Positions 37,235 through 47,665 of a stretch of 64,000 nucleotides of DNA are shown piece after piece. Source of the DNA: Candidimonas sp. (GTDB lineage Bacteria > Pseudomonadota > Gammaproteobacteria > Burkholderiales > Burkholderiaceae_B). The translations under genes and the position numbers were made by a program. Under the pieces are notes generated by a model, which worked only from the letters and a program-made list of their open reading frames with translations, did no database searches and was not told the origin of the DNA. The stretch spans positions 8,528 through 72,527 of the forward strand of contig SCQX01000172.1 of NCBI GenBank assembly GCA_004298545.1. The letters are read 5' to 3'. The first letter of the stretch is position 1; every line of letters begins with the position of its first letter.

Positions 37235-38482
37235 CTAATGCCCCGCATTCATGCTGAAGAGGTTCAGGTTCTGGATATTCACGAACGCCTGCGACGCAGC
37301 CGATAGCGCCGTTTGCCGAAGCTGCAACTGCGTGATGGCGGTGTTGTAGTTGACGTCTTCAATGCCTGAGAGCTGAGTGGTGTAGTTCACATCCAGCGAG
37401 GCGCCGCTGTTGTCCAGGCCGCTGAGCTCGTTCAGGCGCGTGCCCAGGGACGAGCGAACCGTCAAGATCGCGTTGTAGTTCGACTGCACGCGCTGGCCAA
37501 CCGTCACGAGCGTGTTGTGCAACGCCGCGAGTTTTGCTTGATCGCCCCCGGTGGGCGTATTCAACGCAGCCGCAAGTTCGTCGAGGCTCGTGAAAATATT
37601 GAGGTCCTGCCCCTTGACGTTGGTGACCGAGAACGTATCGCCGGCGGCGGGCGTGCCCGAGATGGCGATACTTACGCCGGGCGACAGCGCAAGCGTGCCG
37701 GTCCCAGGGGCGTAGGCCACAACTGTGGGCGACCCAACCGGGGCGCCGGTGGGATCGGTCTGCGTAATCGTCGCCTGCAGCGGCGAACCCGAAAAACTCA
37801 CGGAAAAATTGTTGCCCACACTCGGGTCGGCCGGATTGGTGATGGTTGGCGTATTGACAACGGCGGTGCCCGTATTGGCGGCCCCGGCCTGCGTAACGTA
37901 GCTCTGATCACCCGGCGTCGCGCCCATGAAGAGATCGTAGCCATTATCGCTTGTCGACATCTGCCGCGACCCCGTGACCTGGATCAGGCGCGCACCGCGA
38001 TCGCCTTGCCAGGTCACAGTGCCTGTACCACCGACCGCGAAAGGCGGGACATTGCCTTGGTGGCCCGAGAACAGGTATTGCCCGTTGGCATCGGTGGCAT
38101 TCGCGTAACCCAGCAGCGTTTGCTTGAGCGTGGTGACGACAGCCCCCAGCGACTGTCGGTCGCTATCGGAGAGCGTGCCGTTGCCGGCCTGCACGACATC
38201 GGTCTTGAGGCTCTGAAAAAGCGTCGTGACCGATTGCAGCGTATTTTCCTCGGTGTTGAGATCCTGCTCGGCCACACCGCGGTTGCTCTTGTACTGGGTA
38301 TTGATCGACTGTGCCGTGGCCAGTGTGATGGCGCGCGCAGCCCCCAGAGGATCGTCAGCCGGAGAATTCAATTGCTTCCCCGAGCTGACCTGGTTGTAGA
38401 GCCCAAGCAGCTGGCTTTGCTGCGCATTGATTTGGGTGATGCCGTCCTGGAAGAGCTGGGCGGTGCTGACGCGTATGGGCAT
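37235..38482 (-). CDS. flgL: hook-filament junction protein 3
   Basis: Trimmed to ATG 38482. MPIRVSTAQLFQDGITQINAQQSQL and a flagellin-like C-terminus ...ITQLQLRQTALSAASQAFVNIQNLNLF. Confidence 0.85.
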   Translation of the reverse strand: MPIRVSTAQLFQDGITQINAQQSQLLGLYNQVSSGKQLNSPADDPLGAARAITLATAQSINTQYKSNRGVAEQDLNTEENTLQSVTTLFQSLKTDVVQAGNGTLSDSDRQSLGAVVTTLKQTLLGYANATDANGQYLFSGHQGNVPPFAVGGTGTVTWQGDRGARLIQVTGSRQMSTSDNGYDLFMGATPGDQSYVTQAGAANTGTAVVNTPTITNPADPSVGNNFSVSFSGSPLQATITQTDPTGAPVGSPTVVAYAPGTGTLALSPGVSIAISGTPAAGDTFSVTNVKGQDLNIFTSLDELAAALNTPTGGDQAKLAALHNTLVTVGQRVQSNYNAILTVRSSLGTRLNELSGLDNSGASLDVNYTTQLSGIEDVNYNTAITQLQLRQTALSAASQAFVNIQNLNLFSMNAGH

Positions 38483-38522
38483 GGTGAGGATTCCCGCGGC
38501 AAAAGAATGAAAGGATATGGGA

Positions 38523-40178
38523 TCAGCTAAAGACGCCCAGCAGCGCCGCAAAAAGCGTGTTGCTCACCTGCACGAGCTTCGCCGCGGCCTGATATTGGTT
38601 CTGGTACTGCTGGATGTTGACGTACTCTTCATCGACGTTCACGCCGCTGACAGATTGCTGCGCGTTGTAGTTCTGCGTCACCAGCGAGTTCTGAGAAGTC
38701 TGGTCGTTGGTGTTCTGCTGCGTCTGCTCGCCGACTTGATTGACGAGCGTCGAATAGGCATCGGAGAAACTCACCAACCCCCCGTTGAGCGTCTTGTTAC
38801 TCTGCAGCTGCGCCATGGCAAGCGCATTATTGCCGTTGGCCGACCCGCCGCTGGAGTCGGCCGCGGCGATCTGATCGCCTGTGCTGATCGCTAGGGCGAT
38901 CGTTCCCGCCCCCTGTTGCACGGGCGCGATCTGCCAGGTGTCGCCCGCATGCGCGCTCCCCGTAACGGAGAGCACCGTCCCGTCCACGGGTACCCCTGAA
39001 ACGCTGGCGCCCCGATACAGCGTGCTGCCGTCGGAATTGCGCGTGATGGTGTAGTTCGTGCCGTCGAAAGACAGCGTGTAGTTCGACGGCTGCAGCGCCT
39101 GCGCGTTGTTGGCGGCGAGCGTCGCGCTGACAGTAGCGCTGCCGGTGTTCTTCGCATTTTGAATCACTCCCGGGTTCCCGATCGCGAACATCGGTTTGCC
39201 CGGATTGCCTTCGGCGTCGAGCCCGCTGGTCTGCACGGCATTCACCGAGAGGGCAAGCCCCGTGGCGAGCATCCCGACCTGCTGCTGCACGGGGTCGAGT
39301 GTCTCGCGCCGGTAGGTGAGCAGACCGCCAAGCGCTCCGCCCGAGAGGGTCGTTTCGCTGATTGGCGACAGACTCGTCACGCCACCCGGCCCCGACGGTA
39401 TGCTGGCGAAGACCGATGTTTCCGACGGGTCGGACTGGCTCGGCGCCGCAACCAGGTTGAACTGCGTGCCACCCGCGAGCAGCAGCTGGCCATTGCCGAC
39501 CGTAACCGTATACTGGCCGTTCTGATTGTAGACCGTCACATTGACCAGCTTGTTCAGATCGGCCACTTCCTGGTCACGCGCATCGAGCAGATCGTTCGGC
39601 GGCTGACCGCCCGAATTTCCCGTGGCCGCAACGATCTGCTGGTTGAGTGTCTGAATGCGCGCCACCGATGCGTTGATCTGATTGACCGTGGTCTGCACTT
39701 GGCCGTTGATGTCCGCGCGCTGCGCATTCAGGAAATCGTTCGTGGAATTGAACTGCCCGACGAGCGCGGTTGCGGAGCCAAGCGCTTCCTGGCGTGCCGA
39801 CGGATCGGCGGGTGTGCTGGCCACGCCCTGGATGCCGGAAAAGAAGTTCTGCAGTGTCGGATACAGCCCCACCGTGCGATCGGCAAACAAATTATTGACC
39901 TGCGCAATCTGCGTGCCGAAAGTTTGCAGCGCGCTCGCGCGGGTCTGCGCACCATTCAACTGCTGGTTGATGAAGTTGCTGACGGAACGCTGCACGGTCT
40001 GCACCGACACCCCCTGGCCGATATAGCCCGAGCCAGCATTCACGCCACCGGCCGAGGTCGTGATCACCTGCTGGCGGTTGTAACCGGGCGTCGTGGCGTT
40101 GTCCAGGTTGTGGCTCGCCGTGGCCAGCCGCGCCTGGGCGGCGGCCAGCCCCGAGAGTGCGTAATCGGTCAGATCCAT
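38523..40178 (-). CDS. flgK: hook-filament junction protein 1
   Basis: Trimmed to ATG 40178. ALSGLAAAQARLATASHNLDNATTPGYNRQ and C-terminal SGVNVDEEYVNIQQYQNQYQAAAKL. Confidence 0.9.
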   Translation of the reverse strand: MDLTDYALSGLAAAQARLATASHNLDNATTPGYNRQQVITTSAGGVNAGSGYIGQGVSVQTVQRSVSNFINQQLNGAQTRASALQTFGTQIAQVNNLFADRTVGLYPTLQNFFSGIQGVASTPADPSARQEALGSATALVGQFNSTNDFLNAQRADINGQVQTTVNQINASVARIQTLNQQIVAATGNSGGQPPNDLLDARDQEVADLNKLVNVTVYNQNGQYTVTVGNGQLLLAGGTQFNLVAAPSQSDPSETSVFASIPSGPGGVTSLSPISETTLSGGALGGLLTYRRETLDPVQQQVGMLATGLALSVNAVQTSGLDAEGNPGKPMFAIGNPGVIQNAKNTGSATVSATLAANNAQALQPSNYTLSFDGTNYTITRNSDGSTLYRGASVSGVPVDGTVLSVTGSAHAGDTWQIAPVQQGAGTIALAISTGDQIAAADSSGGSANGNNALAMAQLQSNKTLNGGLVSFSDAYSTLVNQVGEQTQQNTNDQTSQNSLVTQNYNAQQSVSGVNVDEEYVNIQQYQNQYQAAAKLVQVSNTLFAALLGVFS

Positions 40179-40216
40179 GGTCCAGTGCCTTAGTCGATGA
40201 CGGAATGACAATCCTG

Positions 40217-40243
40217 TTTACGGCAAAAAATCACAATGCTTGA
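40217..40243 (-). promoter_or_regulatory. sigma-28 type promoter of flgKL (overlaps flgJ stop)
   Basis: Minus strand reads TCAA-N15-GCCGTAAACAGG. The -10 lies 39 nt upstream of the flgK ATG. Confidence 0.55.
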
Positions 40244-41274
40244 ACCATCGCCGTGATCCGGCTCATGATGCTGATGAGCTTGGAGGCGTAGTCGGGGTCG
40301 GTTGCATAGCCCGCTTTCTGAATCTGCTGGGCGGCCTGCTGCGGAGTGGCCGCGGACACGACGGACTGATAGCGCGGATTTTCGCCGATGAGCTTGGCAT
40401 AGTCGGCAAAGGCCTGTGCATAAGAACCGTAAGCCCTGAAAGGCTGCACGACCTGCCGTGGTTGCCCGTTGACGTATTCGGTCGTCTTCGCGTTGACCAC
40501 CCGTCCGTTCCAGCCGGCCCCCGCCTTGATGCCGAAGAGGTTATGCGTGGGGCGCCCCTGTGCGTCGGTCATTTCGTGCGCGCCCCACCCCGATTCAAGC
40601 GCCGCCTGGCTCAGGATGAGCTTGGCAGGTACCCCGGACTGGGCTGCCGCATGTCTGGCTGCCGGGACGAGCGCGCTGACGAACGCACGCGGCAGTTCCG
40701 CCTCCGACGATGCCGCCTGGGACCCCCCCGAGACGGCCTGCAACAGTTGCGCGGCCGGGTTGCGCGCGGCCGCGTTCACGCCGCCCGCGCCATTGACCAG
40801 ATCGATGATCTCGTCGATGGAATTGAACGGCTGGTCGAGCAGGGGCCCCGACTTGAGGCCCGGCTTGCGCACACTGTCGGCCTGAAGCCTCGCGTTCTGC
40901 TTGTCCTGCGCGCTCGGAGCGGCGCCGTCGTGGGCGCGCATCTGCGCAAGCAACTCCCGGCCCAGTCCAATGCCCTGCCCACCGTTGCTCTTCGCCAGAT
41001 CAAAGGCCATCTGTTCATCCTGCAAACCCTGAGCCATGCGAATCTGGTCGCTGCTCAGCAGGGAGTTTTTGAATAGTGGATCGGCGTGCGCGCTCTTCAG
41101 GATCATCTGCAGGAACAGGGCTTCGAACTGACTGGCGACCGCCTGATCGGCCTGGCTTTTCGCCTTCACCGTGGTGGCCGACTGAACGTTGCGCTTGAGC
41201 GCCGCCAGCGCGCTCTGATCAAACACAAAGGCGGGGGAGGCGCCGGTACCGGGCTGAGGAGTGAAAAGCGTCAT
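40231..41274 (-). CDS. flgJ: rod-cap protein / peptidoglycan hydrolase
   Basis: N-terminal rod-binding FEALFLQMILKSAH. C-terminal glucosaminidase LSQAALESGWG...NLFGIKAG. Confidence 0.9.
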   Translation of the reverse strand: MTLFTPQPGTGASPAFVFDQSALAALKRNVQSATTVKAKSQADQAVASQFEALFLQMILKSAHADPLFKNSLLSSDQIRMAQGLQDEQMAFDLAKSNGGQGIGLGRELLAQMRAHDGAAPSAQDKQNARLQADSVRKPGLKSGPLLDQPFNSIDEIIDLVNGAGGVNAAARNPAAQLLQAVSGGSQAASSEAELPRAFVSALVPAARHAAAQSGVPAKLILSQAALESGWGAHEMTDAQGRPTHNLFGIKAGAGWNGRVVNAKTTEYVNGQPRQVVQPFRAYGSYAQAFADYAKLIGENPRYQSVVSAATPQQAAQQIQKAGYATDPDYASKLISIMSRITAMVQAL

Positions 41275-41338
41275 GTGGCGTATGCTCCCGAGTGTCGATT
41301 GGGCCGCGAATGGATTCTGAACGCGCCTGGAATAGATC

Positions 41339-42490
41339 TCATATGATTTTCAGCTCTGCGTGCAGCGCCCCGGAGGCTTTGAGCGACTGCAAAATGGAGA
41401 GCAGATCCTGCGGCGTCGCCCCCAGGGAATTGAGGGCCTTCACGACTTGGGCGAGCGTGACGCTGTGCGTCAGACGCTTGAGTTTTCCCTCTTGCGCGGC
41501 AATACCGATGGATGGGTTGGCCACGGCCACAGTCTGGCCGTTCGACAAGGGCCCCGGTTGAGAGACGCCGATATTCTGATTGACCGTGACCGACAGGCTG
41601 CCGAAGGCGATGGCCACCTCGTCGAGCGTAACACTGCGGTTCATGACGACCGAACCCGTGCGGGCATTGATGATGACCACCGCGCGCGCCGGCGCCGTGC
41701 GGACGTTCAACCCCATCATCTCGGAGATGAAGCGGCTCTGCTCAACCTGTGTGACGGGAGCGCGCACACGAATGACGCGCCCGTTGACGGCCTGCGCGCC
41801 GCCTCCCAGCGCGCCGTTGATCGCCGCGGCAATATTCTGCGCCGTTCCGAAATCGTCTTCATGCATGTCCAGCGTGATCTCCCCGCCGGGCGCGAGGGTA
41901 GTCGCCACCTCGCGTTCAATAACCGCGCCGTTGCTGATGATGCCCGCATTCAGCTGATTGACCTTGGCACTGTTGCCGCCCGAGGAGGCACCCTCCCCGC
42001 CGATCACCACATTGCCCTGCGCAAGCGCGTAGACCTGCCCATTGGCGCCTTTCAGCGGCGTCATCAGCAGCGTCCCGCCACGTAGACTTTTCGCGTTTCC
42101 CATCGAGGAAACCACTACGTCGATGTGCTGGCCAGGCTGCGAGAAGGCCGGCAATTGTGCAGTGACCATGACCGCCGCCACATTGCGCAGCTGCATGTTG
42201 CTGCCTTGCGGAAGCGTGACTCCCAGCTGCGCGAGCATGTTGGTGAGGCTCTGCTGGGTAAAGGGTGCTTGGCGCACCTGGTCGCCGCTGCCATCGAGTC
42301 CCACGACGAGCCCATAGCCCACGAGCGGGTTGCTGCGCACGCCCCGGATACTCACGAGATCACGCAGGCTCTCGGCGTGGGCGGGCGCGGCGTCTATGGC
42401 AAGCATGACGACCGCGAACACGGCCATGGCAAACACAACTCCGAGGTAGCGGAAAATTCGAACGGCACGAACGACGGAAACCTGAACCAT
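41339..42490 (-). CDS. flgI: P-ring protein
   Basis: The track ORF runs to 42724; trimmed to ATG 42490. Signal peptide, then RDLVSIRGVRSNPLVGYGLVVGLDGSGD. Confidence 0.95.
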   Translation of the reverse strand: MVQVSVVRAVRIFRYLGVVFAMAVFAVVMLAIDAAPAHAESLRDLVSIRGVRSNPLVGYGLVVGLDGSGDQVRQAPFTQQSLTNMLAQLGVTLPQGSNMQLRNVAAVMVTAQLPAFSQPGQHIDVVVSSMGNAKSLRGGTLLMTPLKGANGQVYALAQGNVVIGGEGASSGGNSAKVNQLNAGIISNGAVIEREVATTLAPGGEITLDMHEDDFGTAQNIAAAINGALGGGAQAVNGRVIRVRAPVTQVEQSRFISEMMGLNVRTAPARAVVIINARTGSVVMNRSVTLDEVAIAFGSLSVTVNQNIGVSQPGPLSNGQTVAVANPSIGIAAQEGKLKRLTHSVTLAQVVKALNSLGATPQDLLSILQSLKASGALHAELKII

Positions 42491-42497
42491 GGCGGCG

Positions 42498-43274
42498 TCA
42501 GAATGGCGAAATGTTGAGGAAAAACCGCTGTAGCCAACCCATGGTCTGCACTTCGTCCATGACCCCTTTGCTGCGATAGGCGATGCGCGCATCGGCCACT
42601 TGCGTGGACAGCACGGTATTGGCGCTCGTGATCGATCTGGGGTCCACGATCCCCGAGAACTTGATGTATTCGCTGCCCCGGTTGATCGCAATCTGCTTTT
42701 CGCCGGCGATCTGCAGATTGCCATTGGGGAGCACTCCGATGACGGTGGTCGTGATCGTGCCCGAGAATGTATTGGCGGCGCTGCTCGAACCTTTGCCGTC
42801 CACCTTGTTGCCCCCCGAGGCGTTCATGTCCTGTTTGGAATTCAGTGTGTTCGGAAAAACCGCCGCCGGCATTACATCCATGCCTAGAGTCGCCGTGCTC
42901 GAACGGTTGGTGTTGGTGTCGACATTTTTCGCCGCGTTGGTCTTCTCGGAGATGATGATGGTCACGATGTCGCCCACATTACGCGGTCGCCGGTCTTCAA
43001 AAAGTGGGTAGCTGCCATACGCGGTTGGCTGGTAGATCGAGCCGTTCGGTATTGGCGGCGGCAATGGCGCCGGCGGGGTCGCAGTCAGTGGTCCGGTGAC
43101 GATCGGTTCAGGAGGAATCATCGCGCAGCCGCCAACGACCGCGAGCAATACCGCACAGAAAAAAGCGCGCAACCCCCCGTCGACGCGATTGATCAACGCC
43201 GCCGCCATTCGCACAGCCGTCGCTATCTGCGCGCCCGGCGCAACCGATGCCATCTTTGCCATCCGCGCAATCAT
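42498..43274 (-). CDS. flgH: L-ring lipoprotein
   Basis: The track start at 43283 is a TTG. ATGs lie at 43274, 43262 and 43253, so the start is uncertain. Lipobox VVGGC, and GDIVTIIISEKTNA. Confidence 0.9.
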   Translation of the reverse strand: MIARMAKMASVAPGAQIATAVRMAAALINRVDGGLRAFFCAVLLAVVGGCAMIPPEPIVTGPLTATPPAPLPPPIPNGSIYQPTAYGSYPLFEDRRPRNVGDIVTIIISEKTNAAKNVDTNTNRSSTATLGMDVMPAAVFPNTLNSKQDMNASGGNKVDGKGSSSAANTFSGTITTTVIGVLPNGNLQIAGEKQIAINRGSEYIKFSGIVDPRSITSANTVLSTQVADARIAYRSKGVMDEVQTMGWLQRFFLNISPF

Positions 43275-43279
43275 CCAAG

Positions 43280-44068
43280 TCAACTGATCTGGGTGAGGCT
43301 CTGCAGCATCTGATCGGAGGTCTGCACCGCTTTGCTGTTCATTTCGTAGGCGCGCTGCGTCGTGATCATGTTCACCAGCGCTTCGGCCACGTTCACGTTC
43401 GAGGACTCGGTGTACTGTTGCATGATCTGACCCGCGCCATTCAGGCCCGGCTGCTCGAGCTGCGGCGGGCCTGACGCATCGCTTTCGCCGTACAAGTTCT
43501 GCCCGAGGCTGAGCAGGCCCGTCGGGTTGATGAAGGTCGCCAACTGGATTTGGCCCACGTTCACGTTCGTGCCCGCGGCGCCAGGCTGGGTGACCGAAAC
43601 CGTTCCGTCGCGCCCGATCGTGATCGACAGCGCGTTGTCCGGGATGGAAATCGGCGGCTGAATGGGGTAGCCGCCGGAGGTGACGAGCTGCCCGTTCTGA
43701 TCGATCTGCAGGCTGCCGTTGCGCGTATAGGCGAAAGTGCCGTCCGGCATCTGTACTTGCAGCAGCCCTTTGCCCTGGATGGCAATGTCCATCGGGTTGC
43801 CGGTATTTTTCATGTCGCCCTGGGAATGGATGCGCTCAGTCGCAACCGTCTGCACGCCGGTACCCAGCTGCAGCCCCGAAGGCAGTTGATTGTCATCCCC
43901 AACCGGGGCACCCGGCTGGCGGATCGTCTGGTACATCAGATCCTCGAAAACAGCCCGCGACTGTTTGAAACCATCGGTGTTGACGTTCGCGAGATTGTTC
44001 GCGATCACGTCCATGTTGGTCTGTTGGGCTTCAAGCCCTGTTTTGGCAATCCACAGCGAGCGAATCAT
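43280..44068 (-). CDS. flgG: distal rod protein
   Basis: 262 aa with [35 protein letters not shown]. Confidence 0.95.
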   Translation of the reverse strand: MIRSLWIAKTGLEAQQTNMDVIANNLANVNTDGFKQSRAVFEDLMYQTIRQPGAPVGDDNQLPSGLQLGTGVQTVATERIHSQGDMKNTGNPMDIAIQGKGLLQVQMPDGTFAYTRNGSLQIDQNGQLVTSGGYPIQPPISIPDNALSITIGRDGTVSVTQPGAAGTNVNVGQIQLATFINPTGLLSLGQNLYGESDASGPPQLEQPGLNGAGQIMQQYTESSNVNVAEALVNMITTQRAYEMNSKAVQTSDQMLQSLTQIS

Positions 44069-44120
44069 CGGTGAGAGCTCCTTGGAAAAAATAAGTGTCG
44101 GTCAGCGCAACGCCCACCAC

Positions 44121-44891
44121 TCAACTTCCATTGATGGAAAGGATGGAATTGGCCGTCTGCGCGTTGGCGCTTGCATCGCTGATGACTTTCATCTGCAGTT
44201 GAAAGCGCCTGGCGTTCTCGATAAGGCCCACCATCTGAGTGGCGGGGTTCACGTTGCTGTCCTCGAGCGCCCGATCCTGTAGTTGCACGAGAGGGTCGGC
44301 AGGCGCGGCGACCGCCTGTCCCGTGATGGGGTTCACGACGCGGAACAGGCCATCGGCGCCGCGTGCGAGTGTTCTCGGGTTCGGATTCACGAGCTTTATT
44401 TGCTCAGTGCGCGCGATGTCGCTGGCGGTGCCCCCCTGTGGAATGACGTTCAGCCCGCCATGGCGCGAAATGCGAACGCTGGCGTTCTCCGGGATGGCAA
44501 TTGGCTGGCCGCGCGTCGAGAGCACCGGAAACCCCGCGCGCGTCACGAGCTCTCCGGCCGCGTTCCGCTGGAGGCTGCCCGCGCGCGTGTAAGCCTCGCC
44601 CTGCGGCGTCTGCACGGCGATCCAGCCGTCACCCTGAATGGCCACATCGAAAAGCCGCCCGGTCGTGTGGATGGCCCCGTGAGTCAGCAGGCTCGAACCG
44701 GTCGTGGCTACCGGTAGCACGCGCGTGGCGGGCTGGGTCTGGCCGGGCGCAATGACCGGCGCCGAACGATAGGCGGCAAGCTGCGCGCGAAACCCGGCGG
44801 TGTCGACGTTTGCGAGATTGTTCGACAGTGCCGCCTGACCTTCGAGCGTGCGCGAGGCGCCGCCGGCCGCCGTGTACAGGATGCGATCCAT
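44121..44891 (-). CDS. flgF: proximal rod protein
   Basis: 256 aa with MDRILYTAAGGASRTLEGQAALSNNLANVDTAGFR. Confidence 0.9.
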   Translation of the reverse strand: MDRILYTAAGGASRTLEGQAALSNNLANVDTAGFRAQLAAYRSAPVIAPGQTQPATRVLPVATTGSSLLTHGAIHTTGRLFDVAIQGDGWIAVQTPQGEAYTRAGSLQRNAAGELVTRAGFPVLSTRGQPIAIPENASVRISRHGGLNVIPQGGTASDIARTEQIKLVNPNPRTLARGADGLFRVVNPITGQAVAAPADPLVQLQDRALEDSNVNPATQMVGLIENARRFQLQMKVISDASANAQTANSILSINGS

Positions 44892-44895
44892 CGGC

Positions 44896-46377
44896 TCAGT
44901 TCATCTGGATCAAGCTCTGCATGACCTGATCCTGGGTCTTGATCGCCTGGGCATTGGCCTGGTAGGTGCGCTGCGCGATGATCATGTTGACCAGTTCCTG
45001 GCTCAGATCCACGTTGGACGCCTCCACGGCCTGCCCCTTCAGCGTCGCCAGGCCGTTGGTGCCGGGGCGCCCGAGGATAGGCTGTCCCGAGGTAGCCGAT
45101 TCCATCCAGGCGCTGTCTCCGGCGGGTTTCAGGCCTTCCATGTTGTTGAAATTCGCCAGTGCCACATAACCCAGGGCCTGCGTTTCACCATTGGTATAGT
45201 TGGCGGTGATCTTGCCATCGCTGCCTATCGTGACATTGGAGAATTCCCCCGTCGGGTAGCCATCGGTGACGAAATTGGGAGAAAACCCGCCACCGTACTG
45301 CGTGGTACCCGCAAGGTTCATGGTGACCGTCAGGGGTGCGGCCGGCGAAGCGGTCGTGCCGGGCTGCGTGACGCCAATCGTGATCTTGGGGTTGGAGGTC
45401 AGGTTCCCCGCGCTGTCGAAGGTGAGCACGGCCGGCCCGCCGCCGGCGGGGATATCCACTGGCCTGCCGTCCATCTGGTAGTACAGATTCCAGGCGTTGC
45501 TCAAGCCTGGGTCGTCCGCCGTCTTGACGAAGTAGGCAGTCAACTGGTGCGGATTGCCCAGCGAATCGTAGACCGAAATGGGCAGCGGATGGGTATAGCT
45601 GTCGGGATTGTTGGGATTGAATGGGGTTGCGGGCAGCGGTGACACGTAGGTGGTGTCGGGCGCAACCGTGGTATCGAAGGACCCCGAGGTGATCTGCCCG
45701 CCCGCGAGCGTCACCGGGACGCCGGCGCCACTGGTGTAAGTGCCATCCGCCGGCGCGGCCACTGGATTCCCCGCCGAGTCGACCCAGCTATAGGCCCCCG
45801 AACTACTGACCGTGTAATAAGCCTGGGGGTTGGGCACGCCGGTCAACGTGGGAGTCAGGGTAACGGAACCCAGCACCTCGGCGCGGCCGGCCGCGGAGAT
45901 GAGAGGGGCGTTGGCGTCCAGATTGGTCGCCAACGTGATATTGGCCGTGGCCGAGGGCGGAATATTGACCTGCGGCACGGTGAGCGGACCCAGCGTCGTG
46001 CTGCTGGGCCCCCCGATGTAGCCCGTGAGAATCTGGCCGGTGGAGTTGACGATGTTGTTGTTCTCGTCCTTGTGGAATTGGCCGTTGCGCGAATACAAAA
46101 TGTTGCCGTTCGTATCCACCAGGCGAAACAGGCCATTCTGGCCGTCGATCGCCATGTCGTACTCGTTGCCCGTATTGGTGACGCTGCCCGTCGAAAAATT
46201 CTGGTTGACGCTGGCCACCCGCACCCCGATTCCGATATTGGCATTCGCGTAAACGTCGGCAAATGAAATGCTCGAGGACTTGAAGCCCACGGTACTCGAA
46301 TTCGAAATATTGTTGCCGATCACATCCAGATCCTGTCCAGCGGCGCTCAGGCCTGACAAACCTTGACTGAAACTCAT
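44896..46377 (-). CDS. flgE: flagellar hook protein
   Basis: Trimmed to ATG 46377. MSFSQGLSGLSAAGQDLDVIGNNISNSSTVGFK and C-terminal VEASNVDLSQELVNMIIAQRTYQANAQAIKTQDQ. Confidence 0.9.
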   Translation of the reverse strand: MSFSQGLSGLSAAGQDLDVIGNNISNSSTVGFKSSSISFADVYANANIGIGVRVASVNQNFSTGSVTNTGNEYDMAIDGQNGLFRLVDTNGNILYSRNGQFHKDENNNIVNSTGQILTGYIGGPSSTTLGPLTVPQVNIPPSATANITLATNLDANAPLISAAGRAEVLGSVTLTPTLTGVPNPQAYYTVSSSGAYSWVDSAGNPVAAPADGTYTSGAGVPVTLAGGQITSGSFDTTVAPDTTYVSPLPATPFNPNNPDSYTHPLPISVYDSLGNPHQLTAYFVKTADDPGLSNAWNLYYQMDGRPVDIPAGGGPAVLTFDSAGNLTSNPKITIGVTQPGTTASPAAPLTVTMNLAGTTQYGGGFSPNFVTDGYPTGEFSNVTIGSDGKITANYTNGETQALGYVALANFNNMEGLKPAGDSAWMESATSGQPILGRPGTNGLATLKGQAVEASNVDLSQELVNMIIAQRTYQANAQAIKTQDQVMQSLIQMN

Positions 46378-46447
46378 GATGACATCCTTCTGGAAAGTCG
46401 CGAAAACGTGTAATTGCCCTGCCGCCGATCCTCGTCGGCCGGGGTCG

Positions 46448-47173
46448 CTACATGACGAGCCTGACGTCGGAAAGCGCCGCCGAGCCGCCAAGCGCAAGGT
46501 TCAACGCCGGGGTTCCGGAACCATAGGCCACGCTCTGCACGCTTGCCTGGGTAAGCGCCTGGGCCGACACGGGCGCGCCCGTCGAATCGGTGGCGGCAAT
46601 GGAGAGCGTGTAGGCGCCGTCGGGGGCCGCGACGCCGGCATCCGTCTTGCCATCCCAGGCGAGCGCCTGAACGCCGGCGGGCAAAGGCCCCAGATCGATC
46701 GTACGCACCGCTTTGCCGCTGGCGTCGGTAATAGTGGCTTTCACATCGGCGGCGCCGGCAAGCATATCCACCCCGGACACGGTCGCAACCCCCTGCCCCA
46801 GTGAAATCTTGCCGCCATCGACGAGCACATTGTGGCCAATCAGCGAAGACGCCTGCATCGCCTGGGACATGTTCATCTGTCCCGAGATCGCCTGCAGCGT
46901 GGTGTTCAATTGCGTGATGCCGCTCACGGTGGACAGTTGTGCCATCTGCGAGGTCACTTCCGAGTTGTCCATCGGATTGAGCGGATCCTGGTTCTGCAGC
47001 TGGGTGGTCAGCAGCGTCAGGAATTGGTTCTGGATCGCCTGGGCACTGCCCGCGGCGCTGGCCGCTGCCGCGCCCAGCGCGTTTTGCGCCTGCCGCTGGG
47101 CCGCGGCGGCAGCGGCGGCTGCGGCAGCGGCAGCCGCGGCGGGAGTAGTGGAAGACGAAATCGCGGTTGTCAT
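46448..47173 (-). CDS. flgD: hook cap / assembly protein
   Basis: Trimmed to ATG 47173. FLTLLTTQLQNQDPLNPMDNSE. Confidence 0.9.
   Translation of the reverse strand: MTTAISSSTTPAAAAAAAAAAAAAAQRQAQNALGAAAASAAGSAQAIQNQFLTLLTTQLQNQDPLNPMDNSEVTSQMAQLSTVSGITQLNTTLQAISGQMNMSQAMQASSLIGHNVLVDGGKISLGQGVATVSGVDMLAGAADVKATITDASGKAVRTIDLGPLPAGVQALAWDGKTDAGVAAPDGAYTLSIAATDSTGAPVSAQALTQASVQSVAYGSGTPALNLALGGSAALSDVRLVM
47099..47140. repeat. imperfect (GCN)14 tract encoding Ala14 near the FlgD N-terminus
   Basis: Own codon-by-codon reading: gcc gcg gct gcc gct gcc gca gcc gcc gct gcc gcc gcg gcc. Confidence 0.9.
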
Positions 47174-47227
47174 GATGGGCCCCCTAAAAAATGAACGATC
47201 AACCAAGTGAATTGCGGACCGACAAAG

Positions 47228-47632
47228 TCATTGGCCAATGGTGAGCGCCTTCAAGGCAAGCGCCTTGGCAGTATTGATCACGTTGACATTGGCCTGGTAG
47301 GAACGCGAGGCGGAAATCATGTTCACCGTCTCGGCGACGACATCCACATTGGGCAGCGTCACATAGCCGTTCGCATCCGCCGCGGGGCTGCCCGGCTCGA
47401 AGCGCCGACGCATCGGCGCATTGCTCTCGAGCACCTGCGCGACCCGGACCCCCCCGATCGGGGCGGAACCGAGCTGCTGCGTTTGGAAAAGCACTTCACG
47501 CGCGCGATACGGCTTGCCATCGGGGCCCGCGATGCTGTCGGCATTGGCGATGTTGCTCGCCGCGACGTTCATGCGCTCGCTCTGCGCGGCGAGTGCGGAA
47601 CCGGCGATGGAAAGCAGACTCATTGAAGCCAC
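47228..47632 (-). CDS. flgC: proximal rod protein
   Basis: GTG 47632 lies 9 nt behind GGAGG (alternative ATG at 47623). [29 protein letters not shown]. Confidence 0.95.
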   Translation of the reverse strand: MASMSLLSIAGSALAAQSERMNVAASNIANADSIAGPDGKPYRAREVLFQTQQLGSAPIGGVRVAQVLESNAPMRRRFEPGSPAADANGYVTLPNVDVVAETVNMISASRSYQANVNVINTAKALALKALTIGQ

Positions 47633-47665
47633 GAAGCGATACCTCCTTGCATTCCGGCGCCCGGC

